From: Kondoa subrosea
Lineage: Eukaryota
NCBI GenBank assembly: GCA_039545335.1
Contig: BCIN01000004.1
Coordinates: forward strand, 1,106,925-1,170,924
Direction: 5' to 3'
DNA length: 64,000 nt
Part shown: piece after piece, positions 31,456 to 44,702 of the stretch
How the letters are laid out: every line of letters begins with the position of its first letter
Position numbering within the stretch: position 1 is the stretch's first letter
Position numbers and translations under genes: made by a program
Notes under the pieces: generated by a model
The model's input: the letters and a program-made list of their open reading frames with translations, nothing else
Database searches by the model: none
What the model was told of the DNA's origin: nothing

Positions 31456-31708
31456 TCACTACGTCTGTCCATCAGTCATCAGATCGACAGGCTTTGTACT
31501 TCTTCAATACGCAGGAGCGGGAGTTTTCTAAGTTCCAAGGTCTCGATTCTTTTGACCCGGCAGGCTGAACAACCCTAATGCATTTGACAACACCGACAAG
31601 TTACCAGCCGCGCCATTTCAATATGCACGCTGCTTTGCTCTTTGTTCTCCAGCGGAGCCAAGAAAAAGAGGATCGTTCACTCCCTTTCGTGTACGATAGT
31701 TTCTGGAC

Positions 31709-33297
31709 ATGGACAAAATAGCTCGACTACCTGGTGCCAGTATAAGAACAACTCCTTCACAGAAGAAGATCGCAATAGCTTATCTGGCCGGGTATTTGTG
31801 CCTCATCGTTCTGCATATCCTGGTATTGGGCCTTTACCCTCGATCGCACAAGTTCTGGATAGCTAGAAGAGTGCAAAGACCCACAGGCGACGGATACACA
31901 CTCGTATTATTCAATTCAGTCCTCGTATGGACGGTACGGACGCTTTCCGATTCACTTGTGCTGACCCGCTGACATAATCCGGTAGATCGCTTCACTCTGC
32001 TCTCTCATTTCTTTCTGCTTCCTTTTGGCCAAGTTGATCTTCCCAAGTGTGAAAGGGCTGGTGATGATTGGGGAACTCGTTGCGGAGGCTTGTCTGATCA
32101 TCGGCTTCCACTTGGCTCTTCTTGGAATCTGTAGCAGCGGGGCTGAGACGTTGTGAGTTCTAGCTGTCAGACTTCTAGCAGTAATCTTATCAAGTTTTGT
32201 AAGAATCGCTTATGATCCTCAAGCGTCAATGGCTCGCTTTTTCAAATCGAAAAAGTACCATCGTTTCATGAACTTTCTGCTATTGGGAGGGCCGGTAGTC
32301 TTCCTGTCCGGTTTCATCGCCGTCACGTATGTTTCAGCTTGATTGACTGTCGCTTAGCTCCGCTTACCCAGCATGCTTCATAGAGCCCGGTTTGGTCTGA
32401 CCAGAATAGAAGTCTTAAAGACAGTCGAAGCTTTAAGAAGAGCACAAGAGAACCTAGTAGATGCAAGACATCTCTTGCAAGAATATCGACATGCTCTCGT
32501 TCGACAAAACAATGATCTGAAAGCTTGTTTCATCATGTGCGTCTTTTGCAGGCTGTAGCAATGAGCAGATCCATTGACAAGATCAACGCAGCCTCTTCGC
32601 TTGGCTACTCTTTACGGGCCTTACTCTGATACCTCTAGCCTTAATCATTCTACGTCAGTTGCGTCGTACAACTCGAAACTCTCGGCTGGCTACATACAAC
32701 CAACTCAGCAAAACGCCAACCTATCGAGACAAACGACCAGTCTCCTATGATGCATCCCTGGTCTCACTGAGCAGCAAAGTCGAACTTCAATCAGCTGTAC
32801 AACAACTAGCTTCAATCTTCCATATCATGGTTGTAGCATTTGGATTGTACGCTTCTGCTCAAGCTGGATTATCGCTCGCTTTCTTTTTTAGCGATCTAAG
32901 AGTCATTGCTGTATGTTTCTCTTTTCAACTCTAGCAAATTCAAGAGCTATTCCTGATTTGTTCTTTTTGTTTATAGCAATTGACAAGAGTAGCAATGATT
33001 ATACCTCTCGTTACTATCTTGTTTTCCTTCCCAATCACAATCTATCTTCTTATCAAAGTCATTCAAGGCACTTTACCACAAACGGGTATTCAAACCAATT
33101 CAATGCGAAGAGCCAGTGTAGTCAATACGATAAGGAAAGAAGTAGTTTTGTCTGAACGAAGTCGATCGAAAAAGGATCAAGAAATATCGGATGATGAAGA
33201 TTATGAAGAACAGGAAGAAGATAAGATCGTAATAAAGGTGGAACATGTACAAAGACCTGAGACTTCCTACTGCCCAGACTTATTGTGTAGAGAATAA
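31709..33297 (+). CDS. Hypothetical membrane protein with ~7 predicted TM helices (orphan GPCR-like)
   Basis: Hand-spliced product has seven hydrophobic segments and an acidic C-terminal tail. Confidence 0.6.
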
Positions 33298-33495
33298 GTC
33301 TAGTATTGTATTATCGTTGATGTAAAAGGTTGAAACGAAATGTAACTTATTGAAATTGATCAATTGATCATGTAAATACGGTAGTCCAAAGAGATGCAAG
33401 TCAGCATTCAACGAAAATGCTCGAAGTAAGCCAACGCGAATAACAGTCTAAAAGAATCATCATACAATGCACAAGGAAGAGTAACTACCTCTAAT

Positions 33496-34611
33496 CTAAA
33501 TGTCATCCATCATGTTATCGGTCAACTCTACTTTGGCCCCAGGTTCAAAAGCAGGCATGCCTGGATCCACAGTATGAGCGTCGCACCGTAGCAGAGAGGA
33601 ACACAACGTACCTAGATAAGGACAACTTGAACACCGAAACGCATCGCCCAAATAGCAACTTCCACAACTACTAGTGACCGCACCCGTGCTGACTACTTTC
33701 TGTCCAGTCAAATTAACTGCTCCTATCGCTCCACTCGGTGCTGGTTTCTTGACTCCTCCTCCAGGTAAATCATCTTCCTCTTGCAATAAAATTTCCCTTA
33801 AACCACAAGTACAGTTCTTGCATGCTTTTTTAGTCTTCTTCACATCACAATCAGGTCTTTGAATAGTTTCCCTTCTTTTTAAATCTTCTGGAGTAAGTAA
33901 AGTAGTTGGATCAATAGATGGTGCAGTAGCTGGAGCTGATAATGCCCATAAAGAAGATTTCTTTGTACCCATTTTAGGTCGAAGTCGAAGTGGTACTGGA
34001 GCTACATTCGTAGTGGATGAAGAATTGGAAGAGGAGGGAAGAACGGTTTCTGCTATTGATCTTTTGAGAGATCCATTCGATAATGTAGATTTGGTAGCTA
34101 ACAACTGTAATTTCTGATAATCAGCACTTGGATCTATCGTAGAGATGTTATGCAACACACAGTAGAATCTTGGATTGTTACATTCTGCCAACCTGAAGTC
34201 AACGCAGCCTTGCACTGCTCAATTTGCTGTTCATCACAACCAGCAAGGGAGACTTCTACTCTAGCATTTTGTCGTAAAGAAGGATGAATAGAACGAGCCA
34301 AATCCGTTAATCGAGTGATCAAATCAGGGACAGCCAGATGAAAGATAGCTTTAGAGTATTTATCAGATTCCAGTAAAGCGGCTGTATCCCATTCCATTCA
34401 ATCCAAGGACCATTGATGTAAACTCTCTTGTGGAGAGATGTAACGCACCTCCATCTAAGATCCTATCCAACATTTCTGCTCTTACATCGGATGACTGATT
34501 CTTCAATTTAGCCACAGTAGCTTCGTACGAGCCATCCGCTACAGTAGACATAGATCCAATCACAAGGATGGCTTGCTCTTGCTGTCCATCAAAGTCGTTC
34601 ATGCTGACCAT
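33496..34611 (-). CDS. DRE2: Fe-S cluster assembly protein Dre2/anamorsin
   Basis: CDVKKTKKACKNCTC (CX8CX2CXC) and [28 protein letters not shown]. Confidence 0.96.
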
Positions 34612-34831
34612 CGTTGTGAGGAAAAGACCGGAGATTAGCAATTCGCTGATTGGGGGCTACGGAAATTGATGACAAATACAAACGTAAAAGAAGGTAAGGC
34701 TGAGAAGTATGTCAATGCGGTGCATAAAAGCAGTACGGTTTCTATTCGATCCCATGCCCCTCAGTTCGTAAAAATGCTACTTCTAGAAAAAGATACTCCA
34801 ACGAAAAATCCCTGCTCATTTCAATTCGCGT

Positions 34832-36052
34832 TCACTTGGATTCGGTGGTGCTATCGTACGATGGTGGCTAATTTAATGTCGCATTAGCTTCTCGCACGTA
34901 TGTCATCATTACAAAAGGGAAAAACTCACAGGAGGTTCATCAGCCGCTGGAGGAGCAGCTTCAGCTTGTTCTTCTTCCCTAGCTCTAGCGGCATCTTCAG
35001 CAGCTTCTTCAGCTTTAGTCTTTTTCTGCTGTTCTCCTTCTTTCACTTCTCCTTTTCCCGTTGATGAAGAAGAAGAACCTTCTTCTTTAGGTAAATCATC
35101 AGCTTCAGCAGGTGGTGGAGCAGCAGCAGATTCAGAAGAAGAAGAAGTAAGTCCAGCATTGATTTTTTGAGCTTCTTCAAATTTGGTTTTGAAAAGGTTG
35201 GCATTGTCTGAATTACCAAATCGAACTGCTAAAGTTTCGGCAGTCACTTCTCCATCTGCTACATCTGCTAGAACGCTGTACTCATCATAAATTAGTATGG
35301 AATAGGACAAGGAAGAGCTGGAAGAAAGCCTTACTTCCAGACCCAAGATCTGTCTGAACCAACATTTGGTGCAAGCTTCATATCGCTAGTGACTGTCAAT
35401 TTCCGCCCAACATCTAAGCTAACATTACAGCTGTGATGTAGACGAGAAACTGACCGTAGTGGTTAGCGCAGATCTTCAGAGTCTTGTCTCTTCGCATAAT
35501 CACTCGAACTTTTTTTGTTCCTTGATGTTCTGTACGTTTACACCCGACAAACTAAGTCAATGATAGACTACAGCTCATGCATATGAAACGCACGCAAGAG
35601 TTTCATATCACCTGTACCGCGTTCTTTCCATTCTGAATTGGCTTTATCGAATCTGAAGAGTTTAGCTCTCCTGTGTATCAAGCCCCTCACAAACATAAGC
35701 AACTGAAGCCTATACTGCAAGGGCAATTAACGCACATTTTGAAGAGTTCAGTTTCACCTTCTTCACCAGTTTGGACTTGGACCCGATCAGCTTCCGTTAG
35801 TTTGTGAACAGGCTCAAAGTGTGGCTGTCATCCCCCATTGACATTAGCACGTAGGCGTATAGCAGCTGAGAGGCAGACGTACGTCCTATATACACCGCAG
35901 AGAGAGAGTAGAAACAAAGGATAGAAAAGGGAAGTCAACCACATGAGATGAGGACCCAATGCAACAGAGATTGAGAGCGCGCGTACATTCTCTTGAGCTT
36001 CACCGAAAGCGGCGCCAGAGCTTGTAGACACTTGTTCCTCTTCAGCTGACAT
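34832..36052 (-). CDS. YRB1: Ran-binding protein 1
   Basis: (D)[79 protein letters not shown]. Confidence 0.96.
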
Positions 36053-36148
36053 TTCTTTGGGTTTGGTTTGAAGCCAACCCTCATATATTTCCCTTGGGCA
36101 TCTCTTCTCACTGATCCGCCACGTCTCCCTTCTCTCTTCGTCACGACA

Positions 36149-37159
36149 ATGCTACGAACAACAGCTCTATTACTGCTATTAGGTTCGATATTCGACGCAC
36201 AAGGCCCAAACTTCGCGTGTTTCTCATATCTCGACAAATCACAAACAGGTTTACTATGGAATAGCGTACATGGTCATACTATCGATCTAGGTCCAGCAAG
36301 CAAAGAATGTTTCTTTGAAGACTTGCACAGCGAAGATAAAGTGAGCTGTCCTCTTTCTTTCTCTCTCTCTTTATGTGCGTTGTACTGATCTCAATGGAAC
36401 AGATGACTGTCACTTATCAAGTAGCTGGAGGTGGTCATTTAGATATAGATTTCTGGGTTCGTCTACTTTCTTCGTTAAGCTTGAGAAAGATGCTGACGAT
36501 TTCGAAACAGTTGAATAACCCTAGAGGAAACAAGTTGTATGAATCACTGCGAAAAGATACGGGTACTTATTCTTTTACAGCTGATATAGAGTGAACACTT
36601 CCCTTCTTCTTATTATTAGTTTAGAGCTGATATGATTGAACACAGTGGGAGGTACACTTATTGTTTCTCAAACGAAATGTCTACCGTTTCAGCAAAAACT
36701 GTTTCTTTCAACGTACATGGAGTAATGTATGTAGAAGATGATGGTCAGTCCATTTTTTCCTGCTCTTCCTATCATACTTACTTTGATCGATGAATCGACT
36801 TTTCAGGTCATGTTGCTCCTATCGAGAAAGAAATACGTGATCTTTCGCATGCGTTGGAAGCTGTGAAAGATGAGCAAGAATATATCGTAACGAGGGAAAG
36901 GATACATCGAGATAGTTTGTTTCCGTTTTTCATCCCTTGAACGATATTCCAGCTAATTAAGCTATCTCGTAGCGGCGGAATCAACTAATGATAGAGTTAA
37001 ATGGTGGTCCATTATACAAACTGTACTGCTTGTGCTTGTCTGTGGGTGGCAGGTGTATTATTTGAGGAGGTGAGTTTGGCGCGAAATTCAAGCTGAAATA
37101 ATGGCTGAATGGTGAATGTTAGGTTCTTTGAGACGAAGTCTAAGGGAAGATTAATGTAA
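36149..37159 (+). CDS. EMP24: p24/emp24 GOLD-domain cargo receptor
   Basis: Signal peptide; KECFFEDLH, YQVAGGGHLDIDFW, YTYCFSNEMS, EQEYIVTRERIHRDTAESTNDRVKWWS, YLRRFFE. Confidence 0.93.
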
Positions 37160-37651
37160 TGCATGGAAATTGGCAGTTGATCTGCGTCGATTCGACGAAA
37201 AAGTGACGTGTGTTGTGGTTTTGTGTCACACCGTCAAGTTCCCCTTTATTCTCGCTTTCGTGCTAATCTCTCGCTGATCAGTTACAGATGCCAACAAGAA
37301 GTTCATATGTGAGTCTTGTCTGCTGAAGGTACAGTGTTTACTGTTCTTCAGCTGAATAGATGATTTGGACAGATTTTCGCTGATACGGGTTTCTCTTCAT
37401 TATCAAGTGCTTTGGTCTCATCTATATCAGCAGCCGAGAGCTATCAGGAAAGACTGTCAGCTATGGCAGCCAACAGCTTCGTCTTCTGAATAGCAGAAGA
37501 AGACGTCTTCGGTATTTCTTGCAAGGGAGTACGTTCAGAAGACGTCCTTGGTCTCTTCTGCATTGCTTCCAATTCACCTTAGATCTCTCTTTCTCTCTTC
37601 TTCCCTTGCCGTCTTGACATTTTTCTTGCTACTGCAATCTTTCTTTCGACC

Positions 37652-38196
37652 ATGTCATCTCACGCAACAGCAGTATCAGCTACACCATCAACCATGGAGG
37701 ACGTAGCCTTAGATCAACTAAGGGCGGCCGTCTCTCATTTATTGCGAATGACGGAGAATCAGACCGAGTTTGTGCAATGGCTCTCAAGTAGGCAGACCTT
37801 GGCTGAGCCGCAAGAGAACTACAAGTCAACAATGCAGCTCATCGCAGGAGGACAAGCGATGAGACATGCACTGCTCAACTAACAGGACACACGAGCAAAG
37901 ATGGCATTCACGATACGAAGCTCAAGAAGGCACACGATGAGTTGGAAGTAGTGTGTTGCGCACCATAGCTCTTCGATGCGATTGAACAGACTGTTCTCTA
38001 GATCAGCAACATCATCGCTCTCTATCATAAGGAATTACTTGATCATTACAACAGTTAGCCAGTTCTTGACGTCTTTGAAACTAGCACCGATTGATATGCA
38101 GCTTACAACGCCCAGGTGGGAAAATCCGTCCATCAGCACTTCACCAATGCAAACAAGGAGGCGACTTCAGCTGTCCAGGCTCGTAGGATTCACTAA
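37652..38196 (+). CDS. Small hypothetical helical protein
   Basis: ATG 37652 plus three GT-AG introns gives ...QWLSRHTSKDGIHDTKLKKAHDELEVISNIIALYHKELLDHY...ARRIH*. Confidence 0.45.
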
Positions 38197-38446
38197 ATGC
38201 CAAAAGTCAAGCGAGAATGCGAGATACGGACAGATCGTGTACACTATATGCTTGCTTCATTCTATACATATTATTCGTCCAGTCAGTATCCGGATGTCCG
38301 CAGCATGCTTGCCGAGCAGTGTCCGACATAACACTGCCTTTGCGATTTCTAGATGATTTTCAACATTTGCTTGGCGCTTCCTCCTTGACCCAATCTACGA
38401 CTTAGCACTCGTTGCCTCGCACAACTACGCATACAGATTAAGCACA

Positions 38447-38941
38447 ATGGATAAGGGACAGCAACAAGTGAGTATAGCCAGCTAGTTAGCTGGATTCAGC
38501 TCAAATTCGGTCATAGTATGGCGCACCTATGCAGCCTCCTTACGCTATGCAAGGCGGTCAGCAATACGGGCAGCCTCAGTATGGTCAGGTGCAACCAATA
38601 GGATATACACCAGAAGGACAACCAATATGGCCAGGCCAAGTAAGTAGCAAACATCCTGATCTGTACCGGTTGAGCTGATTCGGTCTTCATCAGGGCCAGT
38701 TCCAGCAGCCAGGATATGGACCACCGCAGGGATATGGACAACAGCCGGTGATAGTCCAAGGGAAACCGCAATCGAGCGGTCCAGGTCAGCCTTCGTATTG
38801 AACTCTACTCTCTTTATCTGACGTCGTGTAGGCTGCTGTACAATCTTCTTCGGTTCTCTGGCAGCATGGTGAGCTTATCATACATTGGACGAGTCATGGC
38901 TGAATTGTCTCTGCAGCTGTTGTTTGGACGCAATATTTTAG
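38447..38941 (+). CDS. CYSTM-family Pro/Gln/Tyr-rich tail-anchored protein (missed by the ORF track)
   Basis: Five exons give MDKGQQQYGAPMQPPY...GYGQQPVIVQGKPQSSGPGCCTIFFGSLAACCCLDAIF*. The C-terminal CCCLD is the CYSTM signature. Confidence 0.88.
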
Positions 38942-39308
38942 AATTGCTAAGAACGCAAGAGTTTATATGGTTGGCGTAATAATAATGTTTGTGTAATTAT
39001 GGACCTTCGATCTTGTGCATACACGTATAATTCAGTCCCTTGGTCGAATCCTCTCGGAAAGCCACTTGTCTCTCGCTTGTCTTGTTACTTTCCACTGACT
39101 GTCGTTAATTACAAGACTTGATATCCGCGAGATCCTGCCTTGGCTGCCGACGATCATGATCTCGATGTCGCCTGTGCAGTTTGAAACGATACAATCGAAG
39201 ACTGCATACATGTACATTTGCTCGACAATAATGCGCTACAAGCGTTTGGAACAAAGATTCTCCTTCAAACAACTCCCTAAGCACCTCCATTTCCTAGTAT
39301 CTGGCTAC

Positions 39309-41709
39309 TTAAGCATTAATTCGAACTTTAGATTCGCCATCGTAAATCGACAAGAACTCTTTAGCAGATTCAGCTTCCGAGAGCAAGAGTTGCTTGATCT
39401 TGTCTGATCGAGGAATGAAGCGGATCTTGAATGGCAGGGGTCGAGTGTTTTCAGATTTGTTGTATGCTACTCTGTGGTCCGTGGACAGTTTGACCGGGTT
39501 GCCCTAATGACAGCAATGTAAGCAGATAATTGGAAAGTGTACGGGGGGAGCCTACTTGTGCATCTAAGCCTGGAAGAATGTGGAATGCCCATAGCAGTCT
39601 GGTGAAGCTCAAGACCAATCCTTGAACAGCCAAAGGTCGACCGCTGAAGACGCTCATCAGTCCGATTCTACTATTTCCAGACAATGTATGCTCACCTGCA
39701 TGCTCTTCGGCCCCATCTACAGTAACAACATTAGTCACTTGTCGATTTCTGCAGACTCAGACATACCCAAAAGCACTGCCGACTTATAGTTAGTAAAAGT
39801 TCAGTTGACGCAAACGCAGCACTCACTTATGACCTGACTCGTTGGGGTATGGCTTCTCGTTACCGTTCAAGAATCGTTCAGGGCGGAAAGAGTCAGGGTC
39901 GATGAAATCTTTCTTGTTGCGCTATCGGTGAATACAGAATCAGATCACTGTGAATTGCAGAACGCATGAATGACTCACGTGAATAGCATAAGAATTGCCA
40001 ACAATCCAGGCTCCTTTGGGAATAATGTAATCGCCTAAGATCAGAGACATGATCAGCCTGGTATTGAGGTGAAACATCATGCATGGCATACCGTATACAT
40101 CATCTTGGATCTGGTATATTGTGTAAGCAGAAGATTTACGGAGCGGCATATTTAGACTCACGGGTGAATGAGGAATGCCTAAATCAACATCAGAGACGTT
40201 CTAATGTCTGATGCAAACAGGACGGACCTCCGAGAGTGGCAACACTCGACCAACGTAGAGCTTCTCTGACTAGTGCGGCGATGTAAGGTAGTTCCGTGTC
40301 ATCTTCAGGTTCAGGCGAGCGATCTTGACCAACTACAGCATCCAATTCCGCTTGAGCTTTCTTTTGGACTTCTGGGTAGCAGCACATAGCCAAGAGGAAA
40401 GAAAGGAGTGAGCAAGATGTGGTGTCTACACCTCCGCCTGTTTAATGTCGAGAAAACTCATTAGTTCGTGTTCATTGCTTGAGGCGAGAAGTCAACATGC
40501 CTACTAGCAATGCAGTTAGATCAGAAATCTCGTCATCCGATAAACCAAGCGTTTTCTGTTGTTGCAAGAGCAATTTGCTGAAGCAAGGTTCTTGAGCTTG
40601 AGCGCCTTCGTCCGCTAGCCTTCTGAAATAGCTTTTGACACCTTTCATGCCTTCGGTGATTGGTCCTGAGCTAGGATACAACCAAGAAGGTAGCTTGACC
40701 AATTGTGGAACGGTTTCGAACCAGAATGCACCCTGATCATTGCAGTGTGAGCATTGTTGTGGATCTTCTGGTTCGCGCTTACAGGAATAATCAGATCTGC
40801 GCCCTCCATGAACTTCAAAGCCATGCCCAACAAGAAGTCTTTGGGACTTGCGATTCTTCTGCCCCAGCCGAGAATTGAAACGATTGAGCAAGAGTAGCGT
40901 TCGATGGCCATGCTGTGATCATCTGGAGCAACCAACAAATCGCGAGTGAGGATCTTGCTCTCTTCGAGCTGAATGGCTTTGTGTTGACCAATTGCTTGTG
41001 ATCCAACAACATTGTGCTATGATGGCAGGTGAGCAATGCGTGAGAATCTCCGACGTACAGATACTTACAGTGAGCTTTCTATGCATTCTCCATCGGTCGC
41101 CGTAAGGTAAAGCTCTGAACGGTGTGTGAGCGCAGAAGATCTTCGACTCTGATGCCACTCACGTTTGATTGCTGTCTGAAGCCAGAATAACGTCACCCAT
41201 GCCAATCATGTGTGGACGCGAGGAATAGATATTCGCGCGCTTGTCCATTCTACCATCAAAGTATTAGTCGGAAATCCCCATCGGACATTCATGCGACCTA
41301 CAAATCCGAAGCAGACCACGCATCGTTGCAGATAATATAAGGAGACCGGCCCAACCACATTGTGAGCATATTACTGTTGTACACATCGCTCCACTCCTTG
41401 AAATCAATCCATGGTTGCTTTGCAGGGAAGCTGAAGTGATTGCCTATGATAGGCCTATTGTCCATCCATCAGACACTGACACAGTGCTTCCAGCTTGCGA
41501 AAGCTGCTTACCACGGAAATGGACCTATTTATGGAAACGTGAATCTTTTAACTCACGAAGATGCAGGAATATTTACCTGGCGGTAGATGCTTTCGCGCCT
41601 TGAGCATCTTCGCATAGTCTTGTATGATCCATGCTAGACCAGCTGCAGCAATTCCGCCAAGGACAAGAATTGGCAAGCTTGGTGTGCTGACTTCAATTGG
41701 GGCGATCAT
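39309..41709 (-). CDS. Cytochrome P450 (CYP64/CYP2-clan-like)
   Basis: TM anchor, LPPGPFPWPIIGN, YSSRP, W..HRK, GGGVDTT, EALRW, FRPERF, spliced heme motif FGWGRRACSG. Confidence 0.93.
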
Positions 41710-41961
41710 CTTCCTTGTTTGCTGTTCAAGAGGTGATGATTGTGAGGAAAGAATAAAGGTGAAGAAAGGACACACCACCAACTTTGTCAAGATTCCCCAG
41801 ATTGTGTCGCGTAAATGTTACTGCCAATGCAAATGCCGACAACGCTACACCGATAACTGTGCTTTGTAAAGCTTGGCTCCCCATGCTGCCATCCCGGGGC
41901 CAAACCTTCCTTGGTATGACTTCTCCTCTTCTCTTCTCCTCGATCTCTCTCTTCTCCAACC

Positions 41962-44503
41962 ATGGCTGACATCGAGAAAAGAGTGACAAATGTCTCAGTT
42001 ACGACTCTGGATCTCGATGATCCACATATCTCTGCTCTTCGTCGCAACCCCGAAGCTCCGGAGAAGCTGTCATGGGCGGTCATTCTTTCTATCATTTTCT
42101 TGAGTTTGGGTGTAAGTTTGTCGATTTCGACGGTATGCTATTGCTTAGCAATACGCTCAGTTCACCTCAAGCGTCTCGTTCGGCTTTATCTTGCCCACCT
42201 CTATCATCGTGTGAGTCGATGTTTCCAATCAAATCCCGCACTTTGTTCACATAATGCGTATTTAGTCAAATCGGTGTCGAGCTCGGCGATGCGACCACAA
42301 TAGGCTGGATCGCTTCTGGTTGGTCTGTGGCTTCTTCTATCTCTTTCGGTATCGCAGGCTCGCTTAGCGACACATTCGGAAGAAGACCTGTTACTATGGC
42401 CGGGCAATTTTTGACGGTTATCGGTGCTATCATAGCCTGTACTGCCAAACAGACGTTGACCGTTGCAGCTGGCTCGACAATCATTGGCTTTGGTTGTGGT
42501 CAGCTCCTCCTTTCCAGACGCTGACTCGAAATTGACCTGTCTCACAGGAATGATCTTTGTCGCTTTTGCCGGTATCCCAGAGCTATTGCCCTTCAAGGTA
42601 GGCCAAGTCAAAGTATCGACAGCTGATAGCTAATATACTCTTTTTGCAGTACCGCGGAGCTGGTCTAGCCTGCACTGAGTGAGTTTGGGCCAAATCTTTG
42701 TTCTACCTCTGCTAATTTCATGTTTAGATTCGCAATGATCGTGCCCTGGAACTTGGATTTTACCCTCCTACAGTAGCAGCTTCCTTTGCTTATGTCTATT
42801 ACAGTGCCGCCACATATTTCGCTTATAAATTCTTAGAGCGCAGCTGGCGATGGTGCTATTATGGATGCAGTAAGCGAAACAGAACAAGACGGGAGAATCC
42901 AGGCTAACACACTGTATTCACCACAGTCATGTATGCAGCTCTCGCTTTCATCGGATGCTTCTTCTTTTACTATCCACCTTCTCGACCTCAGCGCGATTTC
43001 GAGAAGTCTCGTTTGGAAGAGATCAAGGAAATCGATTACATCGGTATGCAACTTGCCTCTCAGCCCCTTGCCCCGCTCACATTATATTTTCAGGCATTGC
43101 TTTGTACTCTATCGGTCTCACGATCTTCCTCGTTGGTTTATCATGGGCTGGAACGCCTGATCACCCTTGGAAAAGTGCCTCCGTCATTGCGCCCATCGTC
43201 TTAGGGTTACTTACCTTTTTGGCAACGTTTGCCTATGATTTCAAATTCGCCAAGAACCCTTTCTTCCCCTTTGCTCTATTCCGCAAAGTCAGGGAATTCA
43301 CTCTGCTTCTCGTGCTTGTGTTTGTGGCCGGCATGATCTTCTACTCTATGGCTGCTCTTCTGCCTCAAGCTTTCCTCTATGTGAGTTTCTACTTGACTAC
43401 AGTGTAAATGGTCGTGAAGGCTTACTATACTATTGCCAGATGTTCACCTCAGATCCGGACGAAATAGGTCGTCTAGCTTTGATGAATGGTTTGGGTCGTA
43501 AGTCCAGAACAATGTACTTTTCGCGAACTCAGTTTGAACTCAATTTCCATAGAATTCATCGGTGGAGTCATACTTCCAGCTCTATCGCACCGTATCAAGT
43601 TCCTCAAGTGGCAACTGGTCGTTTTAATGGCAATTCAAACCATTTTCTGCGCACTTTATGCCATTTCAATCCCCAACAGCAGATGGATGTTTGCCGTCTT
43701 TCAGATATTCGGGCAAGGTGCCTTTGGATGCATCACTGTCGGTCCTCCCAAACGATTCCGCTAACTTTGCTAAATTTTGAGCGTTCAGTTATTATGCTAT
43801 GTAGTAGCTGGTCTTCATGTCAACCAGAAAGAACTTGGTATCGCTTCTGGTCTAATTGGAACTTTCCGCTCCATGGGCGGCTCCGTTGGTAATGCGATCT
43901 TCAACACTATTCTAAGCGGAGTTCTCGGTCAGCAATTGGTACCAAGAATCCTTGCTGCTGCAACTGCCGAAGGTTTCGATGCTGCCAATATTGGAGCACT
44001 AGTACCAGCTGTAGCCAACAATGCTCTTGTTGGTTTTTCATTTTATTTTTCTATGTGGTCAGATGCTAAAGCTTTCATCTTAGGGTGTACCCGGAGCTTT
44101 CGCAGCTGTACCAGGAGCAACAGCAGCTGTTCAACAAGCCGCATCTCAAGCCTACAAACAAGCCTATGCTTATGCCTTCCAACGAGTTTTCTATAGCACT
44201 ATACCTTTCAGTGAGTCTCGCTCAAATTTTCTTGTCTCGGATTTTGTCTGATCTAATTGTGTTTAGATATCATTGCATTGATTGCTGCATTCTTTATCAT
44301 TGACCCAAGTCGATTCATGACCAACCATGTATCTATTCATCTTGAGAAGTGAGTCTCGTTTCGTCATCAACAGATATATCGTAACTGATAAATACTTTAG
44401 GGACGCACTTCACAAGAAGGACGATGACAATATTGGCACCCGTAATACCAACACTGGTACTTCATCACCAGCACGTACCGATGAAGTTGACGACAAGGCT
44501 TGA
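41962..44503 (+). CDS. MFS drug-efflux transporter, TRI12/siderophore-like 14-TM type
   Basis: WIASGWS, GSLSDTFGRR, GIPELLPFKYRG, FFFYYPPSRP, IDYIG, PWKSASVIAP, ELGIASGLIGTFRSMGGSVG. Confidence 0.9.
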
Positions 44504-44702
44504 GACAATGATATTTGGTTACTTACAAGACGGGCTTCGGGCGGTTCTCGTATGAGATGTAATTTTAACAATGTTTGGAATGCATCGGAGATGTATTGAA
44601 GGCATATTTAGTATCCCGCCAATGTTTCCGCATATATTGATCAGAGGCAGGAAGTCTATTACACTGAGCGACTGTAAGAAATACACAACACTGTTTTATT
44701 GA

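Noticed and set aside
31238..31578. ORFs with SLSLSL / RERERE runs
   Set aside because: These are translations of the (TC)n microsatellite.
34868..34929. Box C-like ATGATGA in the last YRB1 intron
   Set aside because: The intron is only about 62 nt and has no box D (CTGA), too small for a C/D snoRNA.
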